Below are positions 19,601 to 28,987 of a stretch of DNA of 64,000 nucleotides, piece by piece. The DNA is taken from positions 52,951 through 116,950 of the IMG/VR virus record IMGVR_UViG_3300023174_000082; one strand, 5' to 3'. The translations under genes were made by a program, and so were the position numbers. The stretch's first letter is position 1, and the number at the start of each line of letters is the position of its first letter. Under the pieces are notes generated by a model, which searched no databases, was not told the origin of the DNA, and worked only from the letters and a program-made list of their open reading frames with translations. The DNA is from a virus.

Positions 19601-22600
19601 GGACCACAACTGGTATTGCCATACGATCAGTGGCCAGCACATACACAGACGCAAGCACACTGGCAGGAGGCACAGCCGCAAGCAATCACATTCACGTGTT
19701 GGCACAACCTACAATTGCTGGCGCTAACTTAACTCAAGTTACAACAGCCGCGGCCACCTTGTACATTGCAGCAGCGCCAGTGGCTGGTACCAACATGACA
19801 ATTACCAATCCATATGCATTGTATGTGGCAGCAGGTAATGTTGTAGCAGTGGCCAATATTTCTGGTGGCAATTTGCTAACAGGCGGATTGATATCTGCAA
19901 CTGGTAACATAAGTGGTGGCAACATCATGGGTGGTGCCAACGTTAATGCCACAACTCACACAGGTACCACAGTATCAGTGACCGGCAACGTAACTGGTGG
20001 CAACATCATGGGTGGTGCCAACGTTAATGCCACAACTCACACAGGTACCACAGTATCAGTAACTGCCAACGTAACTGGTGGCAATTTGACCACAGGTGGT
20101 CAAGTAAGTGCTACTGGTAACATCACTGGTGGCAATATTTTAGGTGGTGCAAACGTCAATGCCACATTATTCACAGGTACTACAGTCTCTGTTACCGGTA
20201 ACATCACAGGTGGCAATATATTGGGTGGTGCCAACGTCAACGCCACAACACATACAGGTACCACAGTATCAGTAACTGCCAACGTAACTGGCGGCAATTT
20301 GGTAACACTTGGTACCGCCAACGTAGCAAGCATAGTCACAAGCGGTACTGCAATTGTAACTGGTAACGTAACCGGTGGTAATTTGTTGACTGCTGGAGTA
20401 GTTTCTGCAACTGGTAACGTCACAGGTGGCAACATTGTTACCGCAGGCGCAGGCGGTAATATTACTGGTGCCAACGTTATCACAGCAACAACATTGAGTG
20501 CAACTGGTGTTGTTGTTGCAACAGGCAACGTCAGCGGTGGCAACTTGACCACAGTTGGTAATGTCAGTGCATCAGGTAACGTAGCTGGTAATTACATTTT
20601 GGGTAACGGTGCATTGCTGTCAGGCATTGCAGCTGGGACTCCTACAAAGATTGCCAATGGTACTACAGAAGCCAATATTGGTGTCACTGGTGGTAACGCC
20701 AACATTTCTGTTGGTGGTATTGCCAATGTGGCAGTGTTTGCCAATACTGGTGCGTTTGTAACTGGACTGATCAGTGCAACCGGCAACATAACTGGTGGCA
20801 ATTTGGTAACCATTGGAACTGGTAACATAGCCGCACTGGTAGTTTCTACCACAGCCGCTGTTACTGGCAACGTAACTGGTGGTAATTTACTAACTGCTGG
20901 ATTGATTTCTGCAACTGGTAACATAACCGGTGGCAATTTGAATGCTACTGGATTGAGTCTAAGTGGCAACGTTCAAAGTGCATTGACCAGTGCGGCAAAT
21001 ATCACAACCACTGCCAACATCAGCGGTGGATACTTATTAGGCAATGGTGCTCTGTTAACTGGCGTTGTGGCCACCAGCATTGGTACACTGCCAAGTTTGA
21101 GTGTAACTGGCAATACTGTAACTGGCAACTTAAATGCATTGGAACAAGTTAGTGCTGTGGGCAACATCACCGGTGGCAACATTTTGTTTGGCACATTCAA
21201 ATTACTTGGTACTGGTGAGGCACAAGTTGGTAATTTAACTGTTACCAATGGCCCAGGTACAGGTAACATTGTTGCTGGCAACATCATAAGTGCCACAGGT
21301 AACATATTAAGCGGCAGTAATATTATTGCAACTGCCAACGTCACTGGCGGCAATATCACTACTGCTGGATTGATTTCTGCAACTGGCAATATCACCGGCG
21401 GCAACATATTGGGCGGCGGAGTTGGTACTCAAATTAGCACAGGCGGAAATGTTAATGGCGCGATATTTAATGGTAATGTAGCATTTGGTACTGGCACAGT
21501 ATCAGGTACTGGCAATATCACCGGCGGCAATATTGCAGTATCAGGCGTGTTGTTATCTACTAACACTGTTTCAGCAACTGGCAATATCACCGGCGGCAAT
21601 ATTGGAACAGCTGGAAATATCACTACCACAAACACTGTTATAGCCGAAGATATCAGAGTTGGTACTGGTATTACTCGTGGTAATGTAAGTGCATATGGCA
21701 ATGTTACTGGTGGTAACTTGGCCACAGGTGGTATAGTAACTGCTACAGGCAATGTAACTGGTGGCAATTTGGCCACAGGTGGATTGATCAGTGCCGCAGC
21801 CAACGTCATTGGCGGTAATTTAATCACAGTTGGAACAGTCAATGGTACAACACTTAATATCACTGGTAATGCAGTTGTGGGTGGTGACTTGACTGTTGAT
21901 GGCAATGTTATCTACATTAACATCACAGACTTAAATGTTCAAGATCCAATTATTGGATTAGGCCGTGGTGCCAACAACACACCTCTAACAGTTAACGATG
22001 GCAAAGATCGTGGTGAACAACTTTGGTATTATACCACTGCTGAGAATTCAGCATTTATTGGTTATCAAAACGCCACAGGCAATTTAATTGCAGCCAGCAA
22101 CGTAAGCATTGCTAACGAAATTGTCACAGTCAACAGCTATGGTACATTTGTGGTTGGTGCGTTGGCAGCAGCATCTGTAACTGCAACTGCTACCATAGCA
22201 GCTGGCAATGTGACCACAGCAGGATTGATCAGTGCCGCAGGCAACGTTACAGGCGGCAATATTAGAACTGTTGGACAAGTTAGTGCCACAGGCAACATCA
22301 CTGGTGGCAATGTTGGTACTGGTATCTTAACAGCAACCACAGTCAGCGCAACAGCCAATATCACTGGTGGTAATATTCTTACTGGCGGAGCAATTAGTGC
22401 AACTGGTTTGATCAGTGCAACTGGTAACATTACTGGTGGAAACATTGACACTACAGGAACAATCAGTGCATCTGGACTGAATGTAACTGCCAACACAGCA
22501 ACTGGAAATTTAACCACAGCAGGCACAGTAAGTGCAACTGGTAACATCACTGGCGGTAACATCACTGGTGGTATTTTGTCAGCCACAGGCAATGTGGTTG

Positions 22601-24939
22601 GCGGAAATGTATCAACTGCAGGGTTGATTCTGGCAACTGGCAACATCACTGGTGGTAATTTGAATGCCGCAGGATTGAGCTTGAGTGGTAATGTTCAGAG
22701 TGCATTGAACTCTACTTCTAATGTCACAACCACAGGCAACATCAGCGCCAATTTCTACATCGGCAATGGCGCATTGTTAACTGGTGTGGTTGCCACTGGC
22801 ATTGGTACACTGGCCAGTTTGAGTGTGACTGGTAACGTTGATGGTGGAAATCTACGCACGGCAGGTTTAGTAACAGCCACAGGCAATGTTACAGGTGGCA
22901 ACTTGCTCACAGGCGGCACAATTACAGCCACAGGCAACATTTTTGGCGGCAATCTGCAAGGTGCATTGATTTCTGCCACAACAGCAATAACAGCAACTGG
23001 CAACGTTACCGGTGGAAACATTGTAACTGCTGGATTGATCACAGCCACAGGCAATATCATTTCTGCTGCTAACGTGTCAGGCGGCAATTTAGTTGCTACC
23101 ACTTTGGTACAAGGTGCTGGACTCAGTGCCACAGGCAACATTGATGGTGGTAACTTAACGGTTAGCGGTGCAGTAGTAGCCACCGCCAACGTGTCAGGCG
23201 GCAATTTGGTCACAGGCGGCCTGGCTGCAATTACTGGCAACGTAACTGGTGGCAATTTACGCACAGTTGGTTTGGTAACAGCAACTGGTAATGTCACTGG
23301 CGGCAATATCACAACAGCCGGCACAGTAAGTGCAACAGGCAATGTGACTGGTGGCAATATCAACGGTGGTATTGTTAGTGCAACAACCAATGTCACAGCA
23401 GGCGGCACAGTAAGTGCAACAGGCAATGTGACTGGTGGCAACATTGTCACAGGTGGATTGATCACTGCAACTGGTACTATCACTTCTGCTGCTAACGTAA
23501 CAGGTGGAAATATCACATCTGGTGGTGCTGTCAGCGCAGCTGGTAACATCACAGCCACAGCTAACATTGCAGGCGGCAATATTTCAACAGCTGGATTAAT
23601 TTTGGCAACAGGCAATATCACAGCTATAGCTAATATTGCAGGTGGAAATATTTCAACAGGCAATGCAATTGCAGGCGGCAGCATACTATCAAGTACCACT
23701 CTCAGTGCAGTGGGCAATGTGATTGGTGGCAATATCACTACTGGCGGACAAGTTAGTGCTACTGGTGCCATTACAGGCGCAAATATTTCTGGTACAAATT
23801 ACACAGGTACCACACTCAGTGTTACAGGCAACATTGATGGTGGAAACATCAGAACAGTTGGTCAACTTTCAGCAACAGGCAACATCACTGGTGCAAATGT
23901 CATAGCAACCACATTTATTGGTAACTTGCAAGGTAATATCTCTCTAGCAGGCAGTAATACTCAAGTATTGTTCAATGACGGCGGCATTGTTGGTGGCACT
24001 GCTGGTATGGTGTTTGACAAAACTACCAATGCACTCAGCATCACTGGCACGTTTGCCACAAACGGTGTGGCAGCAGACATCAACGTTGGCGGCAGAATTT
24101 CTGTAGCTGGCAATATTTTGACTGGCACTGGTAATATCAGTGGCGGTAACGTATTGAGCGGTGCTCAAATCAGCGGTATTGGAAATGTAACTGGTGGAAA
24201 CATTGTCACAGGCGGTTTGGTTACTGCAACAGGTACAATTACTGCAACTGCCAACGTTGCAGGTGGAAATATCACCACAGGCGGGCAAGTTGTTGCTACT
24301 GGAAACATCACTGGTGGAAACTTAATTACATCTGGAACAGGTGGAAACATAAGTGGTGCCAATGTTATTACTGGTACTACATTGAGTGCTACTGCCAACG
24401 TTGTTGGTGGCAACTTGACCACTGCTGGTTTAGTAACTGCTACAGGCAACATTAATACTGGTGCTGGCCTACTGGCCACAGGCAACGTTACAGGTGGCAA
24501 TGTCAACACTAGCGGCCTGGCATCTGTAACAGGCAACGTAATTGGTGGAAACATTAGCACTGCTGGCTTAATTACAGCCACAGGCAACGTTAACACAGCA
24601 GCAGGCGTGCTGGCCACAGGAAATATACGTGGCGGCAATGTAACCAGCGTTGCTCTAGTACAAGGTGTAACTCTAAGTGCCACAGGCAACGTGGTTGGTG
24701 GTAACGTGACTACAGCAGGGTTGATATCAGCAACTGGTAATATCACTAGCGGAAATGTCAATACCACAGGCTTGAGTCTAAGTGGAAATGTGGTCAGCGC
24801 AATCAATATGACTGCAAATATTACCACTACAGGCAATATTTCAGGTGGAAATATCTCAGCTACAGGTAACATAAATATTGCTGGACAGCGGGCAGCAACA
24901 GTAGCAGACGCAACAGCATTGGCAATAGCATTAGGATAA
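16684..24939 (+). CDS. Giant repetitive tail fibre-like protein (2751 aa)
   Basis: Many ~17-aa G-N-[VI]-T-G-G-N-x-x-T-x-G-x-[VI]-S-A-T units plus GNGSQLTGL units, with very few charged residues. TAAATA at 16659. Confidence 0.8.
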   Translation: MANKIPLVVNTGSAQIQELASGDNLLLTNNDILGVGSITAANNIVASGNIYGTYFIGNGSQLTGLATGNSTAIESGTSNVAVVSSGGNVTVGIAGTSNVVVVGTNTVTVKANILPAANVTYSLGSPTAQFNDLYLSNSTIFLGNATISANSTAVIMTNESGQQTVISGSGTITSYGNANVASYLASGTDTSNIITTGNVQGTYILGNGSQLTGLPATYGNANVAANLAAFGSNPILTTGNVTAGYVFGNGSQLTGLPATYGNSNVAAYLPTYSGNIGALVANGNIQVVNGIFIGNGAGLTGVVASGNVGAASKLTNGTTEFNIPVANGNVVGNIGGVTNVYTFASTGMSVVGNVTANYFIGNGSQLTGLPASYADSNVTTLLAAFGSNAISTTGTVTAGNVTGGNLLTGGQVVATANVSGGNLNTAGQVSATGNITGGNITTAGVLKISGSSAYIDVAGTGFIQNAGMGEMQISTTASRPLIINTNAGAYGWNFGITGNLTAPGAISAVGNVTGNYIIGNGSQLTGLPAGYADSNVTTLLAALGSNVISGTGNITTTANISGGYILGNGSALTGLPAGYANSDVSTYLASGTNTSNIITSANVSGGNLLSSGQVSVAGNVTANNINTTQSVTGTVISASGNITGGNVNTGGQVVATANVSGGNLTTAGQVVATGNITSAANVSGGNITTAGLISATASVLTGGVIVATGNVTGGNLITGGVVSASGNLSAIGNVTGGNLTTAGLITATGNIDGGNVRTQGVVSAAGNIITTGYFVGNFAGNITGNLTVPGSNTQVLYNANGNAGAVAGFTYNTGSNTMTVLGVVSAQGNVIAGNVTTVGQVSATGNVTGNYFVGNGALLTGVATGTPTQIVSGTSNVSIVSSGGNVAVGVGGTANVAVYAATGEYVTGLISASGNVSGGNLNTAGQVSATGNVTGGNIIFGAGQITGTGNIVTTGNLVTDQLVVTGAVSHPSWTTTGIAIRSVASTYTDASTLAGGTAASNHIHVLAQPTIAGANLTQVTTAAATLYIAAAPVAGTNMTITNPYALYVAAGNVVAVANISGGNLLTGGLISATGNISGGNIMGGANVNATTHTGTTVSVTGNVTGGNIMGGANVNATTHTGTTVSVTANVTGGNLTTGGQVSATGNITGGNILGGANVNATLFTGTTVSVTGNITGGNILGGANVNATTHTGTTVSVTANVTGGNLVTLGTANVASIVTSGTAIVTGNVTGGNLLTAGVVSATGNVTGGNIVTAGAGGNITGANVITATTLSATGVVVATGNVSGGNLTTVGNVSASGNVAGNYILGNGALLSGIAAGTPTKIANGTTEANIGVTGGNANISVGGIANVAVFANTGAFVTGLISATGNITGGNLVTIGTGNIAALVVSTTAAVTGNVTGGNLLTAGLISATGNITGGNLNATGLSLSGNVQSALTSAANITTTANISGGYLLGNGALLTGVVATSIGTLPSLSVTGNTVTGNLNALEQVSAVGNITGGNILFGTFKLLGTGEAQVGNLTVTNGPGTGNIVAGNIISATGNILSGSNIIATANVTGGNITTAGLISATGNITGGNILGGGVGTQISTGGNVNGAIFNGNVAFGTGTVSGTGNITGGNIAVSGVLLSTNTVSATGNITGGNIGTAGNITTTNTVIAEDIRVGTGITRGNVSAYGNVTGGNLATGGIVTATGNVTGGNLATGGLISAAANVIGGNLITVGTVNGTTLNITGNAVVGGDLTVDGNVIYINITDLNVQDPIIGLGRGANNTPLTVNDGKDRGEQLWYYTTAENSAFIGYQNATGNLIAASNVSIANEIVTVNSYGTFVVGALAAASVTATATIAAGNVTTAGLISAAGNVTGGNIRTVGQVSATGNITGGNVGTGILTATTVSATANITGGNILTGGAISATGLISATGNITGGNIDTTGTISASGLNVTANTATGNLTTAGTVSATGNITGGNITGGILSATGNVVGGNVSTAGLILATGNITGGNLNAAGLSLSGNVQSALNSTSNVTTTGNISANFYIGNGALLTGVVATGIGTLASLSVTGNVDGGNLRTAGLVTATGNVTGGNLLTGGTITATGNIFGGNLQGALISATTAITATGNVTGGNIVTAGLITATGNIISAANVSGGNLVATTLVQGAGLSATGNIDGGNLTVSGAVVATANVSGGNLVTGGLAAITGNVTGGNLRTVGLVTATGNVTGGNITTAGTVSATGNVTGGNINGGIVSATTNVTAGGTVSATGNVTGGNIVTGGLITATGTITSAANVTGGNITSGGAVSAAGNITATANIAGGNISTAGLILATGNITAIANIAGGNISTGNAIAGGSILSSTTLSAVGNVIGGNITTGGQVSATGAITGANISGTNYTGTTLSVTGNIDGGNIRTVGQLSATGNITGANVIATTFIGNLQGNISLAGSNTQVLFNDGGIVGGTAGMVFDKTTNALSITGTFATNGVAADINVGGRISVAGNILTGTGNISGGNVLSGAQISGIGNVTGGNIVTGGLVTATGTITATANVAGGNITTGGQVVATGNITGGNLITSGTGGNISGANVITGTTLSATANVVGGNLTTAGLVTATGNINTGAGLLATGNVTGGNVNTSGLASVTGNVIGGNISTAGLITATGNVNTAAGVLATGNIRGGNVTSVALVQGVTLSATGNVVGGNVTTAGLISATGNITSGNVNTTGLSLSGNVVSAINMTANITTTGNISGGNISATGNINIAGQRAATVADATALAIALG
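19914..20060 (+). repeat. Recent 81-bp-period tandem duplication inside the fibre gene
   Basis: 19914-19979 and 19995-20060 are identical (GGNIMGGANVNATTHTGTTVSV). Two further diverged copies extend to ~20290. Confidence 0.9.
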
Positions 24940-24942
24940 AAA

Positions 24943-25278
24943 ATGGCAAATACTTTTACAAGAAAACTCAGCAGACTAACAGGAGTCACAGCTACCACAG
25001 TTGGTGGTTATACTGTTCCTTCGGCAACTACCGCAGTTGTAGTTGGACTTTCTTTGACCAATGTCACTTCAAGTGCAATTGCAGCTAACGTATCAATTTT
25101 AGATAATGCGTCACAAACAACAAACTTAGCAGTAAATGCACCAATCTCAGCAGGTTCTAGTTTGGTTGTTGGTGGTGGCGATCAAAAAATTGTGTTGGTC
25201 ACAGGAGATCAACTGCAAGTTCAAAGCAGCGCAGCTACCAGTATTGACGTAGTAATGAGCATAATGGAAATCACATAA
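24943..25278 (+). CDS. Small fibre-associated virion protein
   Basis: 111 aa, MANTF..K start, ending in DVVMSIMEIT. Tightly coupled in the fibre operon. Confidence 0.7.
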   Translation: MANTFTRKLSRLTGVTATTVGGYTVPSATTAVVVGLSLTNVTSSAIAANVSILDNASQTTNLAVNAPISAGSSLVVGGGDQKIVLVTGDQLQVQSSAATSIDVVMSIMEIT

Positions 25279-28200
25279 TGAGTTACGTTGGCCTAAATCC
25301 GCAACAACAACTGCTGAATACCAGCACACAGACCTTTAGTGGTAATGCGGTAGCGTATCAGTTCACTTTGGGTCGAGCCGTTGCATCAGCGTCTGACTTG
25401 GACGTGATGATTGACCAAACTCTACAACGTCCATTCACTGACTACGAAGCTGAAAATGTAACATTGCTGTTTCAAACACCACCTCCTAGTGGTACCAACA
25501 ACATCACAGTTACCTATCGTGCAGGCGCACTTAACTCTTTAAATCTCACAGCCAACGCATTTGGCGCTGGCACAGTTGGCGCACCTAGTGTGTACTCAGT
25601 AGCAGCCAACAACACTGGTATATATTGGCCAAATGCTACCACAATGGTCATGACTGTGGCAGGTGGCAATCGTGCCACTTTCAGTAGCAATGTTGCATCA
25701 ACTAGCAATGTAACAGGTGCGTTGACTGTGGCAGGCGGAGTTGGCGTTACTGGTAATATCAACACTAGCGGAGCAGTAACCATTACCAACGCTACCAACA
25801 GTGGCAATGTAACTACTGGCGCATTGACTGTGGCCGGCGGAGCAGGTATTGTTGGTAACTTAAACATTGGCGGCGACATTACCTGTGTGGGAGATTTTAC
25901 AGTTAATGGAACATTCACTACCACTGGCACAGACAGTTTGGAAGTTAATGACCCATTCATCTTCTTGGCCAACGCCAACCCAGGTGACACATACGATTCG
26001 GGTGTAATCACACAGTATTTTGATGGCACCAACACACGCTATTCTGGATATTTCCGCGACATCACAGATTCCAAATACAAACTGTTTGGTAATCTAATCG
26101 TCAAACCAACCACAGTTGTAGACACAGCCAATGCCAGTTTCACATACAATGATTTGATTCTGGCCAATTTGAGTGCTACAGGCAACGTTAGTGGAACATA
26201 TATTTTGGGCAACGGTGCATTGCTGAGTGGCATCACAACTGATACCAACCAAATTTTCAATGGTACTAGTAGAGTTATCATTGCTTCGGCAGCTGGCAAT
26301 ATTGTTAATAACATTGCCGGAGTAACAATTGCCACTGTTTGGTCAGGTGGTCTTGTTGTAACTGGTGCTATTAGTGGATCATCTACACTTTTAGTAACTG
26401 GCAACGTTACAGGTGGTAACATAACCACAGCTGGACAAATTACTGGCACTGGTAACATAACTTCAGCAGCCAACGTATCTGCTGGTAATATTTTAACAGG
26501 CGGCATGTTCAGCGCCGCAGGTAACATTACTGGTGCAAACGTCAACACTGGCGGTTTGGTATTGGCCACCGGTAACATCACAGGTGGAAACATTAACACA
26601 GCTGGTCAAACCAGTGCTGGTGGTAACGTAACTGGTGGTAATATCAGAACTGCTGGATCAGTTTCAGCAGCCGGTGCGGTATACGGAGACAGTTTTAGTG
26701 CAGTCCTTGGCGTGAGTGCCGGTACAACTGTTGCGGCAACTACAGATATCACTGCTGGCGGCACAATCTCAGCAGTAGGAACTGTTACCGGCGATGGTGG
26801 TATAACATCTTCTGCAAACGTATCTGGTGGAAATGTACTATCTAGTGGTGCAGTCAGCGCAACAGGTAACGTTATTGCTGCCAACATTGTAGTATCAAAT
26901 AATATCTATGATGCCTCGGCAATGAATTTGTTGACTGGTGCTGGTAACATTACTCTAACTCCTGCTGCTGGTTCAAATGTACAAATAACATCCAATGCTA
27001 ACATTACTTCTACTACTATTTCAACATCTTCAACCACAGGTGCCTTACGTGTAGCAGGCGGTATTGGTATAGCTGGCAACAGTTATATTGGTGGTCTAGA
27101 AACTGTTACAGGTAATATTACTGGTGGTAATATTATTACAGCAGGAGCAGTATCAGCAACTGGCAATGTCAACGGCGGAAACGTAATTGCAACCACATTG
27201 GTTCAAGGTACTTCAGTTAGTGCCACTGGTAACGTAACTGGTGGTAACGTGTTAACTGGTGGAATTACCAGTGCAACAGGTAACATCACAGGCGGCAATA
27301 TCATCACAGGTGGCGCTATATCTGCAGGTGGTGCTGTTAGTGCCACAGGCAATGTAGTTGGTGGCAATGTCACTGCAACTACAGCAGTCACAGCAGGATC
27401 AGGCGGTGTTAGTGCAACAGGTAACGTTACAGGTGGTAATATTACCACAGCTGGTTTAATCACATCAACTGGTAACATAACATCAGCTGGCAACATTGCT
27501 GGCGGTAATATATTAGGCACCTTGTTGGTACAAGGATCAATTGTAAGCGCCACAGCCAACGTTTTGGCTGCAGGCAATATTTCAGCAGTTGGTACAGTAC
27601 TAGCATCTCAGTTGAGTTTGAGCGGTAACATTATCAGTGCAGTAGCAACCACAGGCAATATCACTGGCGCTAACGTCAATGCTACCCTTGCATTGAGTGC
27701 AGTTGGCAACATCACAGGCGGCAATATTAGCACTGCTGGTAACCTGGCAGCACCAACCGCAGCTCAAAATACCAACACCACACAAGTGGCAACAACAGAA
27801 TTTGTGATTGGTCAAGCCAGTTCAACTTCACCAGGTGCAGTTGGGTCAGCCGCAGTTGGAACAGGTACAACTTTTGCTAGAGCAGATCACACTCACTCAG
27901 GTGTTACAAACATCACTACCAGCAGCGGTTTGAGTACTAACACCAATGCTACTGGTGCAGTTTCAATTACCAATACTGGTGTAACATCAGCAGTAGCAGG
28001 CACTGGTGTGTCAGTAAGTGGTGCAACAGGTGCAGTAACATTTAGTATTGGTCAAGCAGTTGCAACCAATTCAGGAGTGACATTTGCTTCGTTGACTGTG
28101 GGCACAGGTAATGTTACTTTAGGTAACATTGTAAACGGTGGTACCAATGCTACAGGTAACATTGGTTCGGCTACAACATATTTCAACACTGGTTTCTTGA

Positions 28201-28592
28201 AAGCAACCACAGCACAATACGCTGACTTGGCAGAAAATTATGCAGCCGATGCTGCATATGAACCAGGTACTGTTTTGATTTTTGGCGGCAGTAACGAAGT
28301 CACAATATCAACCACAATAAGTGATCCTAAAGTGGCCGGAGTAGTTTCTACCAATCCGGCACACTTGATGAACAGTGTAATGGAAGCCGAGCACATTGTA
28401 GCAACAGCGTTAACTGGACGAGTTCCAACCAAAGTTATTGGACCTGTAAAGAAAGGCGACATGATGGTGTCAGCAATCAATGGTCGTGCGCAGGCCTGCG
28501 CAACACCAGCCATGGGCACAGTGATAGGCAAAGCATTGCAAGACTTTGATGGCGATCAAGGTACAATTGAAATTGTTGTAGGAAGATTATAA
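25278..28592 (+). CDS. Tail fibre/spike with C-terminal intramolecular chaperone (Peptidase_G2/IMC-like)
   Basis: GNVTGGN repeats; C-terminus YADLAENY...GVVSTNPAHLMN...ALTGRVP.KV.G...KGD...IGKAL. Confidence 0.8.
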   Translation: MSYVGLNPQQQLLNTSTQTFSGNAVAYQFTLGRAVASASDLDVMIDQTLQRPFTDYEAENVTLLFQTPPPSGTNNITVTYRAGALNSLNLTANAFGAGTVGAPSVYSVAANNTGIYWPNATTMVMTVAGGNRATFSSNVASTSNVTGALTVAGGVGVTGNINTSGAVTITNATNSGNVTTGALTVAGGAGIVGNLNIGGDITCVGDFTVNGTFTTTGTDSLEVNDPFIFLANANPGDTYDSGVITQYFDGTNTRYSGYFRDITDSKYKLFGNLIVKPTTVVDTANASFTYNDLILANLSATGNVSGTYILGNGALLSGITTDTNQIFNGTSRVIIASAAGNIVNNIAGVTIATVWSGGLVVTGAISGSSTLLVTGNVTGGNITTAGQITGTGNITSAANVSAGNILTGGMFSAAGNITGANVNTGGLVLATGNITGGNINTAGQTSAGGNVTGGNIRTAGSVSAAGAVYGDSFSAVLGVSAGTTVAATTDITAGGTISAVGTVTGDGGITSSANVSGGNVLSSGAVSATGNVIAANIVVSNNIYDASAMNLLTGAGNITLTPAAGSNVQITSNANITSTTISTSSTTGALRVAGGIGIAGNSYIGGLETVTGNITGGNIITAGAVSATGNVNGGNVIATTLVQGTSVSATGNVTGGNVLTGGITSATGNITGGNIITGGAISAGGAVSATGNVVGGNVTATTAVTAGSGGVSATGNVTGGNITTAGLITSTGNITSAGNIAGGNILGTLLVQGSIVSATANVLAAGNISAVGTVLASQLSLSGNIISAVATTGNITGANVNATLALSAVGNITGGNISTAGNLAAPTAAQNTNTTQVATTEFVIGQASSTSPGAVGSAAVGTGTTFARADHTHSGVTNITTSSGLSTNTNATGAVSITNTGVTSAVAGTGVSVSGATGAVTFSIGQAVATNSGVTFASLTVGTGNVTLGNIVNGGTNATGNIGSATTYFNTGFLKATTAQYADLAENYAADAAYEPGTVLIFGGSNEVTISTTISDPKVAGVVSTNPAHLMNSVMEAEHIVATALTGRVPTKVIGPVKKGDMMVSAINGRAQACATPAMGTVIGKALQDFDGDQGTIEIVVGRL

Positions 28593-28984
28593 TGGCTTAT
28601 GTAGGTTATTCACCTGTATTGGGACAATACCGTAAAATGGATACGTTGACTTTTAATGGAGTCACGCAGACATTCAACATCACTGTGGGTGGTGTGAGTT
28701 TTACTCCACCTACTGCTTATGCAATGTTGGTGGTATTAAACAATGTTCCATTGAATCCTGGTGTGGATTTTAGTGTGGCAGCTTCTACAATAAGTTTTTC
28801 TGTAGCACCTGTAAACAACACACCGTTCTTTGCGTTGTTGTTTGGTGATACACTATATACAGGCACGCCCAGCGATGCCACAGTGATCAACAGTAAAATA
28901 GCCACAGGCGCTGTGAGTTATGACAAGTTCAGTGCTAGTACACAAGCTAGACTAACTGCCGGACAAATTATATTTGGAGTTTAA
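28592..28984 (+). CDS. Small virion adaptor-like protein
   Basis: MAYVG..P..TFNG.TQTF resembles the N-terminus of 25278 (MSYVG..P..TFSG..YQF). TAATG coupling. Confidence 0.65.
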   Translation: MAYVGYSPVLGQYRKMDTLTFNGVTQTFNITVGGVSFTPPTAYAMLVVLNNVPLNPGVDFSVAASTISFSVAPVNNTPFFALLFGDTLYTGTPSDATVINSKIATGAVSYDKFSASTQARLTAGQIIFGV

Positions 28985-28987
28985 AAG

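Noticed and set aside
14403-27815. Many minus-strand ORFs of the MLPPVTLPVA type (up to 338 aa)
   Set aside because: Antisense shadows of the GGN-VTG repeat codons. They lack promoters or RBSs and lie fully inside long plus-strand genes.
16684-28592. Repeats considered as CRISPR array or DGR template/variable pair
   Set aside because: They are degenerate in-frame coding repeats with no constant repeat-spacer pattern, no cas or reverse transcriptase gene, and no adenine-specific mismatches noticed.
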